Shown here one piece after another: positions 56,729 to 64,000 of a stretch of 64,000 nt of DNA. Positions within the stretch are counted from its first letter, which is position 1. Every line of letters starts with the position of its first letter. The stretch lies in contig JBAYJP010000004.1 of the NCBI GenBank assembly GCA_041665025.1, forward strand, positions 26,311 through 90,310, in the 5' to 3' direction. The position numbers and the translations under genes were made by a program. The notes below the pieces were generated by a model, which was given only the letters and a program-made list of their open reading frames with translations, had not been told where the DNA came from and did no database searches. The stretch comes from Candidatus Magasanikiibacteriota bacterium. GTDB taxonomy: Bacteria > Patescibacteriota > Patescibacteriia > Magasanikbacterales > UBA922.

Positions 56729-57910
56729 ATGTTTTTCAAAAAAAAGACGCCAAAAAATCTATTACCCAAACCAGAACCAGACGTTCATGTCATTAGTATT
56801 CCTGATGTTTTTTATGGTGGAAAAGATCCTGAGATATATCATGCGCCATCGGGTGATGTGGGTTCTAAAAAAGATGCCAAGCAGATGCAAACAAGAAATT
56901 TTCAAAGTGGTGCCGGACAAAAAAGTTTTCTATCCAAAAAGAGTACGTGGATAATTGGGGGCACAGTGTTTGTCGTCGTCATTTCCGGAATTTCTTGGTA
57001 TTATGTGCGCGGTTATATGAATGCTCGTCTAGTTACCAATACCGAAGAAAACACACAAACAAATGGGGCACCTCCTACGAGTATTCCCTCTATAGTTGTA
57101 CCCACATCCACTGCTGAAATAGTAGAAAACCAGACGCCCACAAGTACACAGCCAGTTGAGATACCTACGACCACTCTCGATGCGGCTAATATACAATTTC
57201 CTGTAGTAACACTTATTGATAGTGCTGATGTTGACTCAGATGAACTAACCGACGCAGAAGAAGAATTTTTTGGTACTGATAGCGGCACGTGGGACACTGA
57301 CAAGGATAGTTTCTATGATGGTCAGGAGGTCTTCAATTTATATAATCCCAGAGGTTTTGCACCAATAAAAATCATTGACTCAGGTGTAATTCAGGAGTAT
57401 GCGAATCCTTTTGTAGGTTACCGTGTGTACTATCCAAAAGGTTGGCAAAAGGGTGCCGTAGACGTGAAAGAATCCCAGGTATTATTTAGCGCTTTGCTGG
57501 GTGATTATATTGAAATTAGGGTGTTTGAAAAAGATCCGGTCATTGATTTTACCACATGGTTTGGGAGAAATGCGGAAGGTCAACAATTCACTGATCTTGT
57601 GAAAATAACAAATCGTTTTAAGGAGGAGGGATGGAAAAGAAAGGATAATTTGGTCGCATATTTTATTTCTCCTACGCGCGTGTATGTGTTTGTATACCAT
57701 TCGTCGGAACGAGGACCTATCGAGTATCGCCATATTATACAGATGATGTATCAGAGTTTTCGTATGCAAAAGTCTGACATCGATATTCCAGACCAAATAT
57801 TGCCTCCGGGTATGACAACAAGTACAACTACATCCACAGTCAACACAGATATCCTGGTTACTTCAACACCAAATAATACCGTGACGAGTTCCACGTCAGT
57901 TAATTTGTAG
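56729..57910 (+). CDS. Membrane protein with TSP3 repeats
   Basis: TM helix, DVDSDELTD.EE, DTDKDSFYDG.E..NLYNP. Confidence 0.8.
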   Translation: MFFKKKTPKNLLPKPEPDVHVISIPDVFYGGKDPEIYHAPSGDVGSKKDAKQMQTRNFQSGAGQKSFLSKKSTWIIGGTVFVVVISGISWYYVRGYMNARLVTNTEENTQTNGAPPTSIPSIVVPTSTAEIVENQTPTSTQPVEIPTTTLDAANIQFPVVTLIDSADVDSDELTDAEEEFFGTDSGTWDTDKDSFYDGQEVFNLYNPRGFAPIKIIDSGVIQEYANPFVGYRVYYPKGWQKGAVDVKESQVLFSALLGDYIEIRVFEKDPVIDFTTWFGRNAEGQQFTDLVKITNRFKEEGWKRKDNLVAYFISPTRVYVFVYHSSERGPIEYRHIIQMMYQSFRMQKSDIDIPDQILPPGMTTSTTTSTVNTDILVTSTPNNTVTSSTSVNL

Positions 57911-57913
57911 CAT

Positions 57914-58351
57914 ATGGCGTGTACGGTATATACAAAGGTCCACACGTCGCCTGTTTCAGAAGTTGTCATTAAGAAAAGTGTTGACTGTATCCTTGACAAA
58001 GAAAAACATTCTGACTGTAGTGTTAACATTCATATTGTGGGGGATGCCATGATGAAACATATTAATGGCACATATAGAAATATTCACAGGACGACCGATG
58101 TTCTCTCATTTGCCATACATGATGGCGCCAGCTTCCCCGGCATAGCTCATGCAGATGAACTTGGTGATATTTTTATAAGTGCGCGGCAAATTAAGCGTCA
58201 GGCATTGGCTCACCATGTTTCTGCTAAGGAAGAATTTATGCGGATGCTGGTACATGGTGTTTTACATCTCCTTGGGTATGATCATACAGAGGAACGGGTT
58301 GCCACGCGTATGTTTGCGCGTCAGGAGAAATTAGTTAAATTATTATTATGA
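57914..58351 (+). CDS. ybeY: rRNA maturation endoribonuclease YbeY
   Basis: YR...TTDVLSF, LGDIFIS, HGVLHLLGYDH. Confidence 0.95.
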   Translation: MACTVYTKVHTSPVSEVVIKKSVDCILDKEKHSDCSVNIHIVGDAMMKHINGTYRNIHRTTDVLSFAIHDGASFPGIAHADELGDIFISARQIKRQALAHHVSAKEEFMRMLVHGVLHLLGYDHTEERVATRMFARQEKLVKLLL

Positions 58352-58713
58352 AGTTACAGCGCCTAGCGCAGAGTTTCAAAGATGCATGGAAAGGAGTTTC
58401 GTATACATATCAATACGAACAGAATTTTCGAATACAAGTATTTGTTTCAATTATTGTTCTTCTTGCTGCTGAATTGTTTAATCTTGCGGTTTCTGAAAAA
58501 ATAGTTGTGCTCATGCTTGTGCTTTTGGTAATCATTCTTGAACTCATTAATACCGCAGTTGAAAAATTTTTAGATTTAATTAAGCCACGTTTTGATATGC
58601 AAGTTGAAGTAGTGAAAAATATTATGGCGGCCGCAGTTTTTGTAGCGTCTTTTGTTGCAGTAGTTGTGGGTCTCGTTGTTTTTACTCCCCATATTGTTGA
58701 GTTGGTTGTATAA
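58348..58713 (+). CDS. dgkA: Diacylglycerol/undecaprenol kinase
   Basis: SFKDAWKG, EQNFRI, LELINTAVEK..D, KNIMAAAV. Confidence 0.88.
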   Translation: MKLQRLAQSFKDAWKGVSYTYQYEQNFRIQVFVSIIVLLAAELFNLAVSEKIVVLMLVLLVIILELINTAVEKFLDLIKPRFDMQVEVVKNIMAAAVFVASFVAVVVGLVVFTPHIVELVV

Positions 58714-58864
58714 AAATGTTATACTAAGCTAACGGTGAAAATATTTTATTTACGACGCAGGTGAGAGAAAAGTAAATTCGCATTTACTTTTCCGAGCCGA
58801 GGAGTAACTACAGGATAATATACCTCGCGAGCTTGATCCGAGGATCCTTTATTAATGTGCGTGT

Positions 58865-60124
58865 ATGGTCCGAAATAGAGTACACACAGAACTCATTGCA
58901 GGGCTTGATATTGGTTCAAGCGTTGTTCGGCTTGCAGTCGGACAACTTTCTTCTTCCAAAGACAGCACACCTCGCTTACAGATTATTGGTGCGGTAGAAG
59001 TTGCTTCTGAGGGTATACAGAAGGGGCAGATTATAAGTATTGAGGATACGGTATCTGCAGTCTCGCATGCTCTTGAACAAACAGAAAAGCTTGTTGGCGT
59101 CCCCATCTCAGATGTATGGGTTGGGGTTTCAGGTACGCAAATTATTTCTCAAGAGAGCAAAGGTGTTGTAGCTGTTTCACGTACAGATGGCGAAATAGCA
59201 GATGAGGATATTGAGCGAGCAGTGGAAGCTGCCAAAGCTGTCGCCGCGCCATTGAATTATGAGATATTGCATGTGTTGCCGCGTACGTTTGCTGTAGACG
59301 GTCAAACCGGTATAAAGGATCCTGTTGGCATGACAGGCATTCGGCTTGAAGTTGATACAAAGATTATCCATTGTGTTAGTTCTCATATAAAAAATTTGAG
59401 TAAAGTAGTGTACCGAGCAGGTGTTGATATTGATGATTGTGTACTTCTTATTTTGGCTGCGGGAGAAGTTGTCGCAGGTAGCAGACAGAGGGAGTTAGGG
59501 TGCGTAGTTATCAATATAGGGGGTCCCACTACGAGTATGGTGGTATATGAAGATGGAGATGTCTTACATACCGCAGTTATTCCTATTGGATCTTCTCATA
59601 TTACCAATGACTTAGCATTAGGGCTTCGAACATCAATTGATATAGCAGAGCGAGTAAAAGTTGAACATGGTGAATGCGTAAGCAAAGGCATCTCAAAAAA
59701 AGATGTCATAGATTTACAGGATTTTGGTGCAGACAAATCAGAGATTGTTTCACGTTATTATATCGCCCAAATTATTGAAGCGCGTGTCAGTGAAATACTT
59801 GAAAAAGTTGATCTTGAGTTATCGCGTATTGACCGTAGTGGTATGCTTCCTGCCGGCGCTATTTGCATTGGCGGGGGATCAAAAATACGAGGAATGGTGG
59901 ATTGCACCAAAGAGGTTTTGTCTCTGCCTGCGCAATTGGGCTATTCAATGGGTATGGATAGTATTTCAGATAAAATTAATGATATTGCATTTTCTCCAGC
60001 TATTGGTTTGGTGAAATGGGGGAGCACACTTTCGCACGTTGGGAAAAGGAAATTTGTAAGAAGCAATGTAGTTGGAAAAGTTGCTGAAAAAGTTAAAGGA
60101 ATTTTTAAGAGTTTGATTCCGTAG
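58865..60124 (+). CDS. ftsA: Cell division protein FtsA
   Basis: GLDIGSS, GIQKGQI, DPVGMTGIRLE, INIGG.TT, HITNDLA, IIEARVSEI. Confidence 0.95.
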   Translation: MVRNRVHTELIAGLDIGSSVVRLAVGQLSSSKDSTPRLQIIGAVEVASEGIQKGQIISIEDTVSAVSHALEQTEKLVGVPISDVWVGVSGTQIISQESKGVVAVSRTDGEIADEDIERAVEAAKAVAAPLNYEILHVLPRTFAVDGQTGIKDPVGMTGIRLEVDTKIIHCVSSHIKNLSKVVYRAGVDIDDCVLLILAAGEVVAGSRQRELGCVVINIGGPTTSMVVYEDGDVLHTAVIPIGSSHITNDLALGLRTSIDIAERVKVEHGECVSKGISKKDVIDLQDFGADKSEIVSRYYIAQIIEARVSEILEKVDLELSRIDRSGMLPAGAICIGGGSKIRGMVDCTKEVLSLPAQLGYSMGMDSISDKINDIAFSPAIGLVKWGSTLSHVGKRKFVRSNVVGKVAEKVKGIFKSLIP

Positions 60125-60170
60125 TAAAAATTGAAAGTTGAGACATCATCCGAGAGGGTGGTGTTTTTTA

Positions 60171-60300
60171 TTTTCCTTCGGCGATGCAACTCATCCCCTT
60201 ACCCCTTCTCTTAAAAAGAGAAGGGAATATATTTTCGTCGCCCCTCTCTTCGTAAGAGAGGGGGGGTGAGTTGCGTGGCCGAAAGGAGGGAGTTAGAGGG
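60171..60300. repeat. GC-rich nested palindromic (REP-like) element, copy 2
   Basis: ccttcggcgatgcaactcatcccc ... ggggggtgagttgcgtggccgaaagg enclosing two ccc(c)tctctt..aagag(a)ggg hairpins. Confidence 0.8.
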
Positions 60301-60466
60301 TGGTTTGCGTTGCAGAGTAAAAGAAAAAGAACTTCATAGTATACAAATTGTATTCAATTCCTTGACACATGTTTTTATAATCGTTACACTAATACCATCA
60401 AAAAGTTTTTGAATAGTTTATTTGTATAATGAACAAAAATAGTGTTCAAATAAATTTTTTTCTCTA

Positions 60467-60509
60467 AACTTTATAACATTATAACTTTAAAATTTTTAAC
60501 TATCACTTT
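60467..60509. repeat. Family B right arm ending at the ftsZ start
   Basis: aactttataacattataactttaaaatttttaactatcacttt, then ATG. Confidence 0.7.
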
Positions 60510-61799
60510 ATGCCTCAAGTAAAACCTGAAGTCGAAACATTTGCTAAAATAAAAGTCGTAGGAGTTGGAGGGTCCGGAGGGGCGGCTATCAACCGAATGG
60601 TTGAGAGTAAAATTCGTGGCGTAGAATTTATTGTACTTAATACTGATGTACAGGCTTTGCATCATAATAATGCACCAAAAAAATTACACATTGGTAAAAC
60701 CATTACACGCGGTCTTGGTGCAGGAATGGATCCTGAAAGAGGCAAAAAAAGTGCTGAAGAATCACAAAATGAAATTCGTGAAATTTTGAAAGACACGGAC
60801 ATGATTTTTATCACGTGCGGTTTGGGCGGCGGTACAGGGTCAGGAGCAGCTCCAATCGTCGCACAAATAGCCAAAGACATGGGAGTTCTAACCGTGGGCG
60901 TTGTTACTAAACCTTTTACTTTCGAAGGACCTCAGCGTAAGCTTATTGCTGACAGAGCACACGAAGAACTCGCGCGTCACGTGGATACGATTATTACCAT
61001 ACCAAATGATCGCATTTTGCAGATTATCGATAAAAAGACTTCTCTACTTGAAGCATTCAAAATCGTTGATGATGTATTACGCCAGGGGGTCCAAGGTATT
61101 TCTGAACTTATCACGGTTCCAGGTCTTATCAATGTCGATTTTGCCGATGTCCGAACTATTATGAGCGATACGGGTTCTGCCCTTATGGGCATTGGTGTGG
61201 GTAAAGGAGATAATCGTGCGATAGACGCAGCAAAGGCTGCGATATCTAGTCCGTTGCTTGATTTATCTATTGATGGGGCGCGTGGAATTTTGTTTACGAT
61301 TACTGGTGGAAACAATTTGGGAATGCAAGAGGTTGCCGAAGCTGCCAAAGTTATTACCAGTTCGGCTGATGATAATGTGAAAGTTATTTTTGGTACGGTT
61401 ATCGACGAACAAATGGGTGATGATGTTAGAGTTACTGTTGTGGCGACAGGGTTTGAAGAACGTGACCATATGCCGAAATTATCAAATGATTCTCAAAATC
61501 CTGGATTGGATGCATTTACGATTAGACGGCCATTATTTTCATCTTCCCAATTATTTACCAAGCGTTCGGATAATGACGCAAAAGAAAAAGAACGTACAGA
61601 GCCAAATGATGACAATGACATGGAAGATATCCCGATAATTCCTCGAACTCCATTTGTGAAAAAAACAGTGGAGAGTATGTTGAATCCATCATCAAACCTT
61701 GCTTCTCAATCGAGCAAATCGGCCTCTGATGCCAGTAAAGACGGCGATAGTGAAGATCTTGAAATTCCTGCATTCATACGAAAGAAAATGGGGATGTAG
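60510..61799 (+). CDS. ftsZ: Cell division protein FtsZ
   Basis: IKVVGVGG, NTD.QAL, GGGTGSG, INVDFAD, C-terminal LEIPAFIRK. Confidence 0.97.
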   Translation: MPQVKPEVETFAKIKVVGVGGSGGAAINRMVESKIRGVEFIVLNTDVQALHHNNAPKKLHIGKTITRGLGAGMDPERGKKSAEESQNEIREILKDTDMIFITCGLGGGTGSGAAPIVAQIAKDMGVLTVGVVTKPFTFEGPQRKLIADRAHEELARHVDTIITIPNDRILQIIDKKTSLLEAFKIVDDVLRQGVQGISELITVPGLINVDFADVRTIMSDTGSALMGIGVGKGDNRAIDAAKAAISSPLLDLSIDGARGILFTITGGNNLGMQEVAEAAKVITSSADDNVKVIFGTVIDEQMGDDVRVTVVATGFEERDHMPKLSNDSQNPGLDAFTIRRPLFSSSQLFTKRSDNDAKEKERTEPNDDNDMEDIPIIPRTPFVKKTVESMLNPSSNLASQSSKSASDASKDGDSEDLEIPAFIRKKMGM

Positions 61800-61802
61800 A
61801 CG

Positions 61803-61996
61803 AAGTTGAAAGTTGTAAAGTTAAAAGTTATAAAGTTGACAAAAGCCATCATTCTGTATGGCTTTTGTGTATTTTACACATTTTGTGTTTAAGAAAGATA
61901 ATGTGGTATACTAACAAAGTTAAATGTCATAATGTTCCAAGTTATAACGTACGAATTGGTAACTTTATAACTTTTTACTTTCAACTTTATAACTTT
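61803..61996. repeat. Family B tandem-inverted element (two left arms, one right arm, terminator-like hairpin at 61841-61866 inside)
   Basis: aagttgaaagttgtaaagttaaaagttataaagttga; aaagttaaatgtcataatgttccaagttataa; taactttataactttttactttcaactttataacttt. Confidence 0.82.
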
Positions 61997-61999
61997 CGT

Positions 62000-62464
62000 A
62001 TGCATTGTCCCGTCTGTAGTTCAAAAGAGACAAAAGTTGTTGATTCCCGTCTTACACATGGGGCATATGCCATCCGGCGTCGTCGTGAATGCGAAAAATG
62101 CGAGTATCGATTTTCCACAGTTGAAGAAATGGAGTTGCTTGATATTGTAGTGGTAAAAAATGATGGGCATCGTGAGTCCTATTCTCGGAAAAAATTAGAG
62201 ACCGGTATTTTGCATTCGCTCTCCAAGCGTCCGTATACACAAGATAATTTTGATCGCATGGTTCACGGTATTGAACGCGATATTCAGAAAAAACATAAAG
62301 AAGAAATAACAAGCAAAGAAGTTGGGGATTTGGTGATGAAACATCTTAAACGATTTGATAAAGTTGCCTATATACGTTTTGCATCGATTTATCGGGCTTT
62401 TGAAGACGTGAACAAATTTCAGTCAGAAGTCCGTTCATTGCAAAAAAAAGATAATAATAATTGA
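62000..62464 (+). CDS. nrdR: Transcriptional repressor NrdR
   Basis: MHCPVC...TKVVDSR..IRRRRECEKC..RFST.E, DKVAYIRFASIY. Confidence 0.96.
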   Translation: MHCPVCSSKETKVVDSRLTHGAYAIRRRRECEKCEYRFSTVEEMELLDIVVVKNDGHRESYSRKKLETGILHSLSKRPYTQDNFDRMVHGIERDIQKKHKEEITSKEVGDLVMKHLKRFDKVAYIRFASIYRAFEDVNKFQSEVRSLQKKDNNN

Positions 62465-62482
62465 ATTTAACCTTAGTACTCT

Positions 62483-62941
62483 ATGTCTCATAATATGTCT
62501 CACATTGGGAAAGAAGAAAAAGTCGAAGAACTCAAAAAGAAAGGTGTTGTGGAAGATGCAGACGAAGAAAAAGAAACGGTCGTGTTACATGAAAAAAAGC
62601 AAAACGTATCTCAAGAATCAACTGAAGGTTTGAAAGAACTGATAGAAAAGAATATTAAATGGTCTCAGGTTATATATAATCAAAACAAAAAAATAAAACA
62701 TCGGTTGACTCTTTTGGTGTTGGGAAATTATTTTAGGTTATTGCTCATTCTCGTTCCTTTAATTTTGGCTATTGTGTATTTGCCTCCGTATATTGAAGAT
62801 CTGTGGAAACAATACGAACCTTTGATCAATACATACATCAATTCTCAGGACACCATGTCTTCGTTACTAAATACGGTTAATAATTCAGGATTAGATAGAC
62901 AGCAGTTGCAAAATATATTAAACCAGATGGGACAACAATAG
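62483..62941 (+). CDS. Hypothetical membrane protein
   Basis: ORF with a single TM helix in the operon. Confidence 0.7.
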   Translation: MSHNMSHIGKEEKVEELKKKGVVEDADEEKETVVLHEKKQNVSQESTEGLKELIEKNIKWSQVIYNQNKKIKHRLTLLVLGNYFRLLLILVPLILAIVYLPPYIEDLWKQYEPLINTYINSQDTMSSLLNTVNNSGLDRQQLQNILNQMGQQ

Positions 62942-62946
62942 GATGT

Positions 62947-63261
62947 ATGTTGAAATTTAGCGATAGAGTTTATCGTATTATAAAGAGGGTTCCCAAAGGC
63001 AAAGTTACTACCTATATGGCTATTGCCCGATCCTTAGGTAATCCAAAGTCTTCGCGAGCAGTGGGCAATGCACTTCATACAAATCCGAATCTGGTGCATA
63101 TCCCGTGTCATCGAGTTGTACGTAGCAATGGGGAAATAGGAGGGTATGCGGGTGGACAAAAGAAGAAAATAGTTTTGCTTCGGAGAGAAGGAGTCGAAGT
63201 CAAAAATAATAAGGTTGATTTGCATAAATATTTTCTTGATTTGACTAGAAAAAAATGGTAG
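62947..63261 (+). CDS. MGMT/Ogt family DNA alkylation repair protein
   Basis: VPKGKVTTY, SRAVGNAL, IPCHRVV, GGYAGG. Confidence 0.9.
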   Translation: MLKFSDRVYRIIKRVPKGKVTTYMAIARSLGNPKSSRAVGNALHTNPNLVHIPCHRVVRSNGEIGGYAGGQKKKIVLLRREGVEVKNNKVDLHKYFLDLTRKKW

Positions 63262-63340
63262 CGTACCTATGTCTTAGGTAAAAAGCATAGATCATACATC
63301 GGGCACGTATGATGTATGATTTTTAAATGTATATTTTAGT

Positions 63341-64000
63341 ATGGAACATACACATCAATACAAAACATTTTCATTGAAGGTTGTCCTTATCTCAGCCCTT
63401 GCTGGGTTATTTGGAGGCCTTATTTCTCCTTATTTCTATTCGTTTATTGAAAGTAAAATAATAAGGAATAATGGTGGCGAAGGAGGTAATGTCTTTTTGA
63501 CACAAAAAGTACTTAATGAAGAGCCCGTCGTCATAGACGTAGTGGAAAAGACAAACAAAGCCGTTGTGAGCATTGTAATCAAGAAAGATATTAGTCAACT
63601 CAATAACCAAAATATTTCTCCATTTTATGATTTTTTTGGTTTTGGTTTTCCATTTAGTGAGTTAGAGGGACCAAGACCTGAGCAGGAAGAAGACGAAATA
63701 CAAAATTCTCAATTGCAGCGTATAGGCGGGGGGAGCGGATTTATTGTTCAAGCAGATGGTTTGATTGTGACAAATAAACATGTGGTAGCCGATGAGGCGG
63801 CGGTATACACTGTCGTGTTATCTGATGGAGCTGAATATAATGCCGAAGTATTGGCACGCGATCCAGTGCTTGATGTCGCACTTATAAAGATTGATGCACA
63901 GAATTTGCCAACGCTTACGTTGGGCAACTCAGACAATTTAAAAATCGGGCAAAGTGTTGTTGCTATTGGCTATGCACTCGCTGAATATGGCAACACGGTC
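63341..64000 (+). CDS. HtrA/DegP-like trypsin serine protease (partial, runs off the window)
   Basis: Manual translation from ATG 63341: N-terminal TM, AVVSI, GGGSGFIVQADGLIVTNKHVV, DVALIKI. Confidence 0.88.
   Translation, partial: MEHTHQYKTFSLKVVLISALAGLFGGLISPYFYSFIESKIIRNNGGEGGNVFLTQKVLNEEPVVIDVVEKTNKAVVSIVIKKDISQLNNQNISPFYDFFGFGFPFSELEGPRPEQEEDEIQNSQLQRIGGGSGFIVQADGLIVTNKHVVADEAAVYTVVLSDGAEYNAEVLARDPVLDVALIKIDAQNLPTLTLGNSDNLKIGQSVVAIGYALAEYGNTV

Noticed and set aside
1-64000. Alternative genetic code (UGA recoding as in Gracilibacteria/Absconditabacteria)
   Set aside because: Conserved genes are full length under code 11, and several end at TGA at the expected position.

Overview
Chromosomal segment of an AT-rich Patescibacteria/CPR (Parcubacteria-like) bacterium, using standard genetic code 11 and with almost no Shine-Dalgarno sites; the taxonomy is inferred from gene content and style. 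Housekeeping genes include adk, map, yqgF, recO, asnS, an RsmB/F methylase, comF, clpP, a DHH phosphoesterase, smc, rpsP, khpA, lepB, hisS, rpsU, yqeY, ybeY, dgkA, ftsA, ftsZ, nrdR and a partial htrA. There are five tRNAs, one of them an unusual tRNA-Ser(ACT). A relaxase-free T4SS-like cluster (giant VirB6-like protein, PrgI, VirB4) and two VirB2-like pilin-fused surface proteins (744 and 4201 aa) are also present. The most striking unexplained structure is a set of more than 20 elements built from short (7-9 bp) tandem-repeat arms in inverted orientation, sitting between a stop codon and the next start codon. Most are empty or half elements. Three carry a small cargo gene (two four-helix-bundle/IVP-Avd-like genes and one GxxExxY nuclease-like gene), and arms of the same type have entered essential genes in frame. 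Other highlights are a promoter- and terminator-bounded ~225-nt structured RNA next to a RAYT transposase, a cluster of candidate small RNAs followed by a GC-rich foreign fragment, and a lone perfect SD in front of rpsU. All coordinates and pairings were read by eye, and no database searches were run.
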